Assembly: GCA_042408215.1 (NCBI GenBank)
Contig: JAYFMW010000005.1
Location: forward strand, 480,001 to 544,000
Reading direction: 5' to 3'
Length of the DNA stretch: 64,000 nucleotides
Source: Microcoleus sp.
GTDB lineage: Bacteria > Cyanobacteriota > Cyanobacteriia > Cyanobacteriales > Microcoleaceae
Shown: positions 55,360 to 64,000 of the stretch, piece after piece
Numbering within the stretch: the stretch's first letter is position 1
Layout: every line of letters starts with the position of its first letter
Made by a program: the position numbers and the translations under genes
Notes under the pieces: model-generated
The model's database searches: none
The model's input: the letters and a program-made list of their open reading frames with translations, nothing else
Told to the model about the DNA's origin: nothing

Positions 55360-56280
55360 GTGATGAGTTACTGCATCAATCCCAAGTGTACAAACCGAGA
55401 AAATTCTGATGGATCTCAAATTTGTCAGAGTTGCGGGACGGCTTTGCTAATTTGCGATCGCTATCGTATAATCAAGCCAGTGCGATCGGCAAATCCCGCA
55501 CTCCCTACAGAAATTTTTGAAGTCACAGATTGGGGAACCGAGGAAAACCAATGGGGAACTGTCAAAGTTTTAAAAGTCTTGAAATATACTCATAATCCCC
55601 ACTTAGTCCGATTCTTTAAACAGGAAGCGCGAGCGTTAATTTGGCTGGCGGAAAGTACCGGAATTCCGCAAGTGGAACCTGACGGATATTTTACTATTCA
55701 ACTCCCCAATACATCCCATAAATTGTCCTGTTTAGTGATGGAAAAAATACAGGGAGAAACTTTAGCAGCATTCTTAAATATCAACCAGCACGGATCTCAA
55801 AACTTAGCTATAGATTGGCTGCAACAACTGACAAATATTTTGCAGTCCATCCACAAATATCATTTAGTGCATCGGGATATTAAGCCCTCTAACTTGATGA
55901 TTCAACCGAATGGTAAATTGAGACTAATTGACTTTGGGGCTGTGGGAGAAGCAGAGATAGATACAACGCCCATAGGTTCTGCTGGATACTGCGCCCCGGA
56001 ACAAATTATCGGTAATGCTGGTGTGCGATCGGACTTTTTTGCAATGGGGCGCACTTTTGTACATTTACTCACAGGTATACCGCCGATCGACTTTCCGACA
56101 GATGAGAAAACTGGTAAAATTAATTGGAGGAATCAGACTGTAGAGGTTGACAATTTCCTCGCCGATTTTATTGATGAATTGATGGAACCGCAGCCGGAAA
56201 AAAGACCTGAAAATAGTCAAGTTATTTTAGAAAAACTCAAAACTATAAGCCTTTTGATTACCAGCGCTGAACCGAAGTAA
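55360..56280 (+). CDS. Hanks-type Ser/Thr kinase with N-terminal 4-Cys ribbon
   Basis: YCINPKC..CQSCG, VLK, HRDIKPSN, DFG, APE. Confidence 0.92.
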   Translation: MMSYCINPKCTNRENSDGSQICQSCGTALLICDRYRIIKPVRSANPALPTEIFEVTDWGTEENQWGTVKVLKVLKYTHNPHLVRFFKQEARALIWLAESTGIPQVEPDGYFTIQLPNTSHKLSCLVMEKIQGETLAAFLNINQHGSQNLAIDWLQQLTNILQSIHKYHLVHRDIKPSNLMIQPNGKLRLIDFGAVGEAEIDTTPIGSAGYCAPEQIIGNAGVRSDFFAMGRTFVHLLTGIPPIDFPTDEKTGKINWRNQTVEVDNFLADFIDELMEPQPEKRPENSQVILEKLKTISLLITSAEPK

Positions 56281-56282
56281 TA

Positions 56283-56355
56283 ATGCCCAATGCCCTATGC
56301 CCAATTCCCCATTCCCCATTCCCAATTCCCCATTCCCCATTCCCCATTCCCCAAT
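56283..56355. repeat. STRR array (TTCCCCA)n
   Basis: Tandem heptamers between convergent genes. Confidence 0.85.
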
Positions 56356-56981
56356 CAATAAATTTGTTCCAACCTGCGAAAATCTCGCTCAACTTCCGCC
56401 CACAAAGCCCGATTGTGAGGGTCAGTTTTTACAGCCTTTTTCAAATAAATTCTCGCCTTATCAACCTGTTTTTCCCCAATTAAATGCCGTCCCCAACGCT
56501 GATACACGATCGCCTGCCACTGACGCACCTCCGCATCGTCGGGAATCCGCTGTGCCAAACCCTCCACTAGGGCGATCGCCCGTGGGAACCTTTGATACTT
56601 CAGCAACTGCTGTAATTGGAAATAAGCATCTTGCTTTAACTTTTCTTCCGCAGTCGAAAACTCCTGGCTATCTTGAGTTGGCCACGGTTTCCGAGTCACC
56701 TTAACTCCCTGCGGTTGAGTTTTCGCCGCCTCCGATGTCGGTGTCGCCGCCGGCTGCTTAGTATAATTGGGAACTTTCGACTCCAACCCATCGGGAACAG
56801 CAACACTCACCAAGAACTTATAAGCCTCAGTAATCGCCATAAACTTATTCTTCGCTGCTTCGTTTCCCGGATTCACATCGGGGTGATACTGTCTGGCTAG
56901 CTGCCGATAAGACGCCTTAACTTGCGACAAACTCGCACCAGACTTGAGTCCTAACTGTCGGTAATAATCTGCAATATCCAT
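56355..56981 (-). CDS. J-domain protein with C-terminal TPR
   Basis: DYYRQLGL, YHPDVN, KFMAITEAY. Confidence 0.9.
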   Translation of the reverse strand: MDIADYYRQLGLKSGASLSQVKASYRQLARQYHPDVNPGNEAAKNKFMAITEAYKFLVSVAVPDGLESKVPNYTKQPAATPTSEAAKTQPQGVKVTRKPWPTQDSQEFSTAEEKLKQDAYFQLQQLLKYQRFPRAIALVEGLAQRIPDDAEVRQWQAIVYQRWGRHLIGEKQVDKARIYLKKAVKTDPHNRALWAEVERDFRRLEQIY

Positions 56982-57016
56982 TTAGTATAAATCATCGTTG
57001 ATAATACCATTAAATA

Positions 57017-57049
57017 TGGCAGAATCCTTAAATGTAAAGATTCTGCCAA
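57017..57049. terminator. Possible hairpin terminator downstream of clpP
   Basis: tggcagaatc...gattctgcca stem; weak U tail. Confidence 0.35.
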
Positions 57050-57111
57050 AATTTACTGCTAACTAGGTTGTAGCGCCAGCATTTCCCGCACTACTGAACC
57101 GAAAAAATAAC

Positions 57112-57705
57112 TTAAGAACGTTCGTCAATCACGCGATCGATCAAACCATATTCCTTAGCTTCTTCAGCCGACATGAAATAGTCGCGATCCATGTCTTTTT
57201 CGATTTTCTCGATCGGCTTGCCCGTATTTTTAGCATAGATACCGTTGAGTTGGTGGCGCAGTCGCAGAATCTCCCTAGCCTCAATCTGAATATCCGTTGC
57301 TTGTCCTCGCGTGCCCCCAGAAGGTTGGTGAATCATAATGCGCGAGTGAGGCAAAGCTAACCGTTTTCCCTTGGCACCAGCAGCGAGCAGGAAAGAACCC
57401 ATCGAAGCAGCCAAGCCCACACAAATCGTCACCACGTCGGATTTAATGTGCTGCATGGTATCAAAAATAGCCATGCCAGCCGACACCGAGCCGCCTGGGG
57501 AATTGATGTATAAAATAATATCCTTACCCGAATCTTCCGAATCCAGATAGAGCATTACAGCGATGATTTGATTGGCAATTTCATCGTCCACGTCTCTGCC
57601 CAAGAATATAATCCGTTCCCGGTAGAGGCGATCGTAGATATTAATCCACTGAGTATCGTAACCACCTGGCATTTTGTAGGGAACTTTTGGCACACCTATA
57701 GGCAT
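57112..57705 (-). CDS. clpP: Clp protease proteolytic subunit (ClpP3-like)
   Basis: [22 protein letters not shown] (Ser), MIHQP, DRD. Confidence 0.96.
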   Translation of the reverse strand: MPIGVPKVPYKMPGGYDTQWINIYDRLYRERIIFLGRDVDDEIANQIIAVMLYLDSEDSGKDIILYINSPGGSVSAGMAIFDTMQHIKSDVVTICVGLAASMGSFLLAAGAKGKRLALPHSRIMIHQPSGGTRGQATDIQIEAREILRLRHQLNGIYAKNTGKPIEKIEKDMDRDYFMSAEEAKEYGLIDRVIDERS

Positions 57706-57722
57706 AATTCGGAACTCCGTTT

Positions 57723-57797
57723 AGTTGGTAATTGGTAATCGGGTATTGGGCATTGGGCATTGGGCATTGGGCATTGGGCATCGGGCATTGGGCATTG
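57723..57797. repeat. STRR array (GGGCATT)n
   Basis: Tandem heptamers between clpR and clpP. Confidence 0.85.
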
Positions 57798-57906
57798 AGC
57801 CTTGGTAATTGTTAGTCATTAAAAGACTATTCAATAACTAATCTCGGTAGAAACTACTACTCATGCCCTATGCGCTATGCGCTATGCCCCATTACCCATT
57901 CCCGAA

Positions 57907-58566
57907 TTAGATAACTCCCGCAGCAAGGGGTTTTGGCAATTCTTCCGAACTTTCCAGAACGCGATCGATCAAGCCGTATTCTTTAGCTTCATGGGGCGTT
58001 AGGTACAGCAACCGATCCATATCTTTGGTAATCTTGGCTAAGGGCTGACCAGTACAACTCGCAAAAATATCAAGCATCGTCGCTTTATTTGCCAAGACTT
58101 CCTTCGCCCGAATTTGAATGTCGCTTGCTTGACCCCGCGTGTAAGCCTTGGGTTGGTGCAACACAATGGAAGCATGGGGCAAACTAGCCCGACAGCCCTT
58201 TGTGCCAGCCGCTAACAGCATCGCAGCCATCCCCATTGCCGAACCGAGGCAAATAGTGTGCACGGGCGGCTTAATGTACCTGATCGTGTCGCAGATAGCA
58301 AAAGCTTCCGTTTCAAAGCCGACCGGTTCGCCGCTGTAACCAGAAGTGCCAGTCGAGTTGATGTAGATTTTGATTGGCTTATCAGGGTCTTCGTACTGCA
58401 AAAACAGCAGTTCAGCGATAATCAGTTCTGTTACCGCAGGCACCAGAGGCATACCCAGATAAACGATCCGCTCCTTCAGCAACAGGGAAGGTAAATCAGG
58501 AGGCGGTGTCCGAGAGTTGCCTTCCCCGTAGTATTGCGATTGCACAGCTTTAATGGGTGTGTTCAT
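57907..58566 (-). CDS. clpR: Non-catalytic Clp subunit ClpR
   Basis: PPPDLPSLLLKERIVYLG, YINSTG, AMGMAA (catalytic Ser absent); directly upstream of clpP. Confidence 0.9.
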   Translation of the reverse strand: MNTPIKAVQSQYYGEGNSRTPPPDLPSLLLKERIVYLGMPLVPAVTELIIAELLFLQYEDPDKPIKIYINSTGTSGYSGEPVGFETEAFAICDTIRYIKPPVHTICLGSAMGMAAMLLAAGTKGCRASLPHASIVLHQPKAYTRGQASDIQIRAKEVLANKATMLDIFASCTGQPLAKITKDMDRLLYLTPHEAKEYGLIDRVLESSEELPKPLAAGVI

Positions 58567-58883
58567 GTTTTTTTTTGCCTGGGGACGCCCACCATACTTC
58601 GGCTACGCTCAGCACAAGTAGCTATACTCAGCTTGAGGGCATCGAAGAAAGGAGGGCAGATAGCGGTCACGCTCGCCAAGTCGAAGTGTCCTCGACTTAA
58701 TTCGAGTATAAAATGCGGGTTTTTATTTGGAAACCTGCAAAACCAACTCCCATGTATGGGGTAATGTTCGCCTCCCCGCACTTACCCAGAGGGTTAGCGG
58801 TGGGTTGTTGACAAACCGAAATGTTGCCTGAACTCATGGAGTTATTCTTAAAGAAATAGTAACGCAATCTTTAGGTATCCCGC

Positions 58884-60119
58884 ATGAAAGTTAGTTTGCT
58901 CCCTGCTTTAAATGACACCAACCTTGACGCAGCAGCGCCCTCGACGCAGCGCCAGCTAGCGATTTCGGTGTCTGCGACCACCTCGGAACTCGACGACCGC
59001 GTACCCTTAAACCTGTGCCTGATTCTCGACCACAGCGGTTCGATGAACGGACGTCCTTTGGAAACCGTCAAACAGGCCGCCGGACGGCTGTTGGACAGGT
59101 TGAAGCCTGGGGATCGCTTTTGTGCGGTTGCTTTTGACCACAAAGCTACAGTCCTTGTCCCCAACCAAATTGTGGAAGAACCCGCTAGTATTAAACGGCA
59201 AATTGAGAGATTGCGTCCAGCTGGCGGAACAGCAATTGATGAGGGCATTAAGTTAGGTATTGAAGAGTTGGGTAAAGGGAAAAAAGAAGCTATATCTCAG
59301 GCATTTCTGTTGACAGATGGCGAAAACGAACACGGCGACAACAACCGCTGTTTGAAGTTGGCAAAACTGGCCGCTGAGTATAACATGACTTTGAATTCTC
59401 TGGGATTTGGGGATAACTGGAACCAGGATATTTTGGAAAAGATTGCTGATGCTGGTGGCGGTGCTCTGGCTCATATTCAGCGTCCTGAAGATGCCGTTGA
59501 GGAGTTTGGTAAGCTGTTTACCCGCGTGCAATCTGTAGGTTTGACTAATGCTTATTTGCTATTTTCGCTGATGCCAAATGTGCGGTTAGCCGAACTTAAA
59601 CCGATCGCCCAAGTTGCCCCAGATACGATCGAATTACCGGTGCAGCAAGAGGGCGATCGCTTTATGGTACGTTTGGGAGATTTAATGAAGGATGTAGACC
59701 GAGTTGTTTTGGCTAATATTTATATTGGACAGTTACCTGAAGGCAGACAGGCGATCGGGCAATTGCAAATTCGCTACGACGATCCGACAGTCGGTGCAGG
59801 TTTGCTCTCCGAATCGGTTGCTGTTTCTGCTAATGTCATGAAAGTTTATCAGCCGGCAATTAACCCAATGGTACAGCAACACATTTTAGCTTTGGCTAAA
59901 TACCGCCAAACTCAACTTGCCGAAACTAGATTACAGCAGGGCGATCGGGCCGGCGCGGCAACGATGCTACAAACAGCGGCTAAAACTGCTCTGCAAATGG
60001 GCGATAAAAGTGCCGCAACTGTCCTACAAACCTCTGCTACTCGCTTGCAATCCGGTGAAGAATTGAGTGAGGGCGATCGCAAGAAAACTCGGATTGCTTC
60101 TAAAACTGTGTTGAAGTAA
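58884..60119 (+). CDS. vWA-domain protein
   Basis: LDHSGSM MIDAS, GGT, LLTDGE. Confidence 0.92.
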   Translation: MKVSLLPALNDTNLDAAAPSTQRQLAISVSATTSELDDRVPLNLCLILDHSGSMNGRPLETVKQAAGRLLDRLKPGDRFCAVAFDHKATVLVPNQIVEEPASIKRQIERLRPAGGTAIDEGIKLGIEELGKGKKEAISQAFLLTDGENEHGDNNRCLKLAKLAAEYNMTLNSLGFGDNWNQDILEKIADAGGGALAHIQRPEDAVEEFGKLFTRVQSVGLTNAYLLFSLMPNVRLAELKPIAQVAPDTIELPVQQEGDRFMVRLGDLMKDVDRVVLANIYIGQLPEGRQAIGQLQIRYDDPTVGAGLLSESVAVSANVMKVYQPAINPMVQQHILALAKYRQTQLAETRLQQGDRAGAATMLQTAAKTALQMGDKSAATVLQTSATRLQSGEELSEGDRKKTRIASKTVLK

Positions 60120-60344
60120 TCTCCTGGTTTGTAATTCTCAGGAAATCCGGCGATTGGAATTATTAGAAATTAGGACACGGCATTGCCGTGTCCCTACAAT
60201 ATTATTTTCGGTAGGGACACGGCAATGCCGTGTCCTCTATATCATAGGTCGTGCAACCGAAATTGATATCACAGGTTAAAAATTGTGGATGCTTTAGATG
60301 CTCGATCGTCTATAATTTTTGTATTACCTATAAAGAGTGTTTGT

Positions 60345-60911
60345 ATGAGCCAGACAATATCTGATCGAGTACGCTTTACTACCGCTGATTTAGAACTATT
60401 GCCTGATAATGGCGATCGCTATGAAATTATTGATGGAGAGTTATTTGTGACCAGAGCACCGCATTGGCGCCATCAACAGACTTGTGGCAGATTTTTTTCT
60501 GGCCTTGATACTTGGTCGATGTCTACTGGTTTGGGACGAGCCGCAATCAATCCAGGCCTTGTTTTCACTGATGCTGATAATGTTATACCCGATGTAGTTT
60601 GGGCTAGCAACGAACGCTTGGCTATTTTGCTAGACGAAGCGGGACATTTAACCGCCGCACCAGAGTTAATTGTTGAAGTATTGTCCCCCGGTGCAGACAA
60701 TGAAAGACGCGATCGAGATTTGAAACTCCGACTCTATTCGGTGCGAGGAGTACAGGAATACTGGGTTGTAAATTGGCAGTTGCAGCAAATTGAGGTTTAT
60801 CGCAGGGAACAAGCAAGTTTAAGGCTAATTGCTACGCTGTTGAGCAATGATGAACTTACCTCGCCTTTATTACCCGGTTTTAGTTGCTCTGTAGCTCAGA
60901 TTTTTGCCTAG
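60345..60911 (+). CDS. Uma2-family endonuclease
   Basis: RYEIIDGEL, IPDV, PELIVEVLSP, GVQEYWVV. Confidence 0.92.
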   Translation: MSQTISDRVRFTTADLELLPDNGDRYEIIDGELFVTRAPHWRHQQTCGRFFSGLDTWSMSTGLGRAAINPGLVFTDADNVIPDVVWASNERLAILLDEAGHLTAAPELIVEVLSPGADNERRDRDLKLRLYSVRGVQEYWVVNWQLQQIEVYRREQASLRLIATLLSNDELTSPLLPGFSCSVAQIFA

Positions 60912-60914
60912 AAC

Positions 60915-61148
60915 ATGAAAACACCAGTTTACAATTTAGGCGATGCCTACTACAACCGCAACCGAGTCCGCGAATTCTTAGAAGACAAACCGGGTGCGAT
61001 CGCCGATTATCGAAAAGCCGCCGAACTCTATCAAAAATCCGGCAATACAAACGATTATCAAGATGCCCTCAAAATCTGCAAATACTACTTCCTAAAACAT
61101 AGTATAGTATTCTTCTATCTGCGTTCGTCCGCGTTTATCTGCGGTTAA
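60915..61148 (+). pseudogene. Short TPR fragment
   Basis: DAYYNR...GAIADYRKAAELYQKSG resembles the last TPR of a larger protein. Confidence 0.5.
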
Positions 61149-61173
61149 AAATTCCAAATTAACTATTCAAACA

Positions 61174-62196
61174 ATGTCCGTAATTTCCACCATCACCGTC
61201 ACCGTACCCGCTACAACCGCCAACTTAGGCCCCGGTTTTGACTGCATCGGGGCTGCTTTAAGCCTCTACAACTCCTTCCAATTCTCACGACTCGCACCCT
61301 CAGCAACCGAGAAACTAAAAATTACCGTTACAGGCGCAGAAGCAGCCAAAGTCAAGACAGATGACAGCAATCTCGCCTATGTAGCATTTGTCACTTTGTA
61401 CGATCGCCTCAACCAATCGCCGCCACCCGTCGCCATACACATAGATATGCAAGTGCCGCTGGCTAGAGGTTTGGGAAGTTCCGCCACAGCTATTGTCGGT
61501 GGGTTAGTTGGTGCAAATGAGTTAGCTGGTGCGCCTTTGAGTCAGGTGGAAGTGATGCAGTTGGCGATCGAACTTGAAGGACATCCCGACAACGTTGTCC
61601 CCGCTTTACTCGGAGGTTGTCGGCTGGCTGCTAGCGATGCACCCCTCCCCACCCACGGGGGCGGGCACGCACCATCCACCGCCCCTACGGAAAACCAGGA
61701 TTTTGTAGGGGTAGTGCCCCCGTGCCTACCCTCCCTCAGTTGGCAAATTTGCGATATTCCGTGGCATCCTGATATTGTGTCGGTGGTAGCCATTCCCGAT
61801 TTTGAACTTTCTACAGCCGAGGCGCGCCAAGTTTTGCCTAGTGATTACAGCAGGGCTGACGCGATTTTCAATGCTGCACACCTGGGTTTGCTGGTGCGGG
61901 CTTTGGCTACGGGCGATCGAGATTGGCTGCGCTGCGCCCTCCAAGACAAAATTCACCAGCCTTACCGCCGATCGCTGATTCTGGGATATGAAGCTGTGCA
62001 AGAAGCTGCGTTGAATGCTGGGGCTTGTGGGATGGTGATTAGCGGTGCAGGGCCGACGCTTTTGGCTTTAACGGATGTTACTAATGCTGTTGCGGTTGTG
62101 AGGGAAATGGCGGCTGCTTGGGGGGATTTTGGGGTGAAGGCTGATGTAAGGGCGATTTCTCTTGATACTGAAGGTGCACAAGTCTTGATGGGGTGA
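61174..62196 (+). CDS. thrB: Homoserine kinase with in-frame REP insertion
   Basis: [36 protein letters not shown]. Confidence 0.96.
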   Translation: MSVISTITVTVPATTANLGPGFDCIGAALSLYNSFQFSRLAPSATEKLKITVTGAEAAKVKTDDSNLAYVAFVTLYDRLNQSPPPVAIHIDMQVPLARGLGSSATAIVGGLVGANELAGAPLSQVEVMQLAIELEGHPDNVVPALLGGCRLAASDAPLPTHGGGHAPSTAPTENQDFVGVVPPCLPSLSWQICDIPWHPDIVSVVAIPDFELSTAEARQVLPSDYSRADAIFNAAHLGLLVRALATGDRDWLRCALQDKIHQPYRRSLILGYEAVQEAALNAGACGMVISGAGPTLLALTDVTNAVAVVREMAAAWGDFGVKADVRAISLDTEGAQVLMG

Positions 62197-62249
62197 TAAT
62201 CTCCAAGTGCGATCGAATTAAGCAGCTATACACAATCTATCCTTTAATT

Positions 62250-64000
62250 TTAGGATAGATCTGTACCTTCCAATCGCAGGAAATGTACTCGTCCTGAAAG
62301 CTCACCAGCCACAATTGTTAAACCATCTGAAGTGACAGCACAGGACTGTACACTGGACTCTACAGAAAAACTTGCAACTATTTTGCCAGTTTGTATATGC
62401 CAAACTTTAATACTGTAATCTCCTGAAATTGCAAAGTCTCCAGATGGATTAACAACTACTGCATTAGCAGAATTACTATGAATAGAAAAGTTTTTTAATT
62501 CTGTCCCTTGGGCTATGTCCCAAAGTCTCACGGATTTATCTGTGGATGCTGAAATTAGTTGTTGGCTGTTGGGAGTAACAGCTATACTCGTAATTGACTC
62601 CCGACTATCGTGTCCATTCCATTTATTTAATAATTCTATAACCTTAATTTTATTGCCAGACTTAAAATCCCAAATAACTAATAAATTTCTAACTGTTCCA
62701 GCAATAATATACTTACCGTCAGGAGTAATAACAACTGACGTGATCGGCCTTAAATCTGTATCATATAACTCTCTAAAAATATTTTGAGACTCTAATTCCC
62801 AAATAATTATGCTATTGTTTAATGCTGAGACAATGTACTTTGAATCAGGAGTAATAGCTACTGTTTCAACTTCTCTTTCTGCCCTGCAATTTCCAAATAG
62901 TTTTTTTGTATTATGCAAGTTCCAAATTTGCACCCCTTTATAGCTTCCCTCACCTGACACAAAAGTTGATACAAATTTTTGACCATCTGGGGTAATAGCA
63001 ATTGATTTTATTCCGTTGTAGCCCCCTGGGAGAGTTTTGAGGGGTTTTTGAGAATCAATATCCCAAATGATTATAGTACCGTTTCCGTCACCTGAAATAG
63101 CTTGTTTTCCATCTGGGGTAATAGCTAGTGCCTGAACTGAACTACCGTGCTTGATGAGAGATTTGATTTTTGATTTTTTTTGTATTAATGTTAAATCCCA
63201 AATTTTAATAGTTTTCCACGCTCCGGTAACTAGCTGTTTACCATCGGGAGTAATAGCCAATGCTGTTACATATTGACCAGTATGAGCCTCAAAAGAACCC
63301 AATGGGATACCTGTTTTTAAACTCAAGATTTTTATTCCATATCGATCTTCAGAAGCTGCAACAACTTTAGTTTCATCGGGAGTAATAGCAATACGAGTAA
63401 TACAAGTTCCAAGCCAAGTTTCATCTGTTGTAAAATTTTTCAAAACTTCACCTGTTGATATATCGCAAACTTCAAATGGATTATCTCGTTTTCCTACTCG
63501 TGTTGCTACCAGGATTTTTTTCTCATCTTTTGTAAGACTAATGCCATAATTTGTAATACTAATGGCATAAAAATATCCCTCAAAGGTTTTGATTTCTCTT
63601 AGCAGTTGCCCAGTTTTTAAATCCCAAAGAATCAGTCTTTTGTCATCACTACCGGAAATCACTTTATCTCCATCTGGATGAATAGCTAAAACGCTCACAG
63701 ATTTTTGGTGTCCAATACAAGTACACAAGCACTCCCCTGTTTGTAAATCCCAAACTTTAAGAGTAGTATCATGTGATGCTGAAACAATATTTTTACCATC
63801 GGGTGTAATAGCAATAGCTCTGATAGATGACTGATGACCGATGAAAGTATCTATATTTTCGCCTGTTTCGATATTCCAAATTTTGATGGTGCTATCCGTT
63901 GAAGCTGAAACTATTTGCTTACCATCTTTTGTTACAGCGACTGCATCAACTGAGCCATTATGTCCTGTGAGAGTTTTTAGAGGAGTTCCTGTCTTCATAT
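62250..64000 (-). CDS. WD40-repeat protein, C-terminal part (runs off window)
   Basis: About 13 GH...AITPDG...WD repeats, GRVHFLRL tail; AT-rich. Confidence 0.92.
   Translation of the reverse strand, partial: MKTGTPLKTLTGHNGSVDAVAVTKDGKQIVSASTDSTIKIWNIETGENIDTFIGHQSSIRAIAITPDGKNIVSASHDTTLKVWDLQTGECLCTCIGHQKSVSVLAIHPDGDKVISGSDDKRLILWDLKTGQLLREIKTFEGYFYAISITNYGISLTKDEKKILVATRVGKRDNPFEVCDISTGEVLKNFTTDETWLGTCITRIAITPDETKVVAASEDRYGIKILSLKTGIPLGSFEAHTGQYVTALAITPDGKQLVTGAWKTIKIWDLTLIQKKSKIKSLIKHGSSVQALAITPDGKQAISGDGNGTIIIWDIDSQKPLKTLPGGYNGIKSIAITPDGQKFVSTFVSGEGSYKGVQIWNLHNTKKLFGNCRAEREVETVAITPDSKYIVSALNNSIIIWELESQNIFRELYDTDLRPITSVVITPDGKYIIAGTVRNLLVIWDFKSGNKIKVIELLNKWNGHDSRESITSIAVTPNSQQLISASTDKSVRLWDIAQGTELKNFSIHSNSANAVVVNPSGDFAISGDYSIKVWHIQTGKIVASFSVESSVQSCAVTSDGLTIVAGELSGRVHFLRLEGTDLS

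Noticed and set aside
57907..58566. Inactive ClpP as a novelty
   Set aside because: The clpR-clpP3 pair is standard in cyanobacteria
1..64000. Abundant GCGATCGC and many antisense ORFs of 60-160 aa
   Set aside because: HIP1 is a known cyanobacterial feature; shadow ORFs overlap well-supported genes and show no motifs; no tRNA or rRNA was recognised

Overview
Chromosomal window from a filamentous cyanobacterium, probably Microcoleus/Oscillatoriales-like (inferred from dense HIP1 GCGATCGC sites, heptameric STRR arrays and the gene set). Housekeeping genes (ribF, rfbF, comB, clpP/clpR, thrB) sit with a glycosyltransferase cluster and two hybrid histidine kinases, one carrying a DXCF cyanobacteriochrome GAF. 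Three accessory themes stand out. (1) Many IS200/IS605/IS607 (OMEGA) elements: one complete tnpA+tnpB element, one tnpB-only element, two decayed elements, and five short non-coding derivatives with omegaRNA-like sequence. One derivative is an IscB/HEARO-type RNA inserted exactly in front of a start codon; its predicted guide matches a 17-bp motif that recurs about nine times on one strand within 5.3 kb. (2) A 14-26 kb cluster: NYN nuclease, TPR-CHAT with 11 near-identical 46-aa repeats that vary only non-synonymously, an ECF-like sigma factor, DUF1822 and a CHAT-NACHT membrane protein. This is a candidate caspase-like protease / anti-sigma / sigma system. (3) A stand-alone signal-peptide RNase A-like toxin with a CdiI-like immunity gene. 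Nested MITE/REP/STRR elements are common, including insertions inside genes. Several long genes carry single indels that may be sequencing errors. No rRNA, tRNA or CRISPR array was recognised. All family calls come from motif recognition, not database searches.
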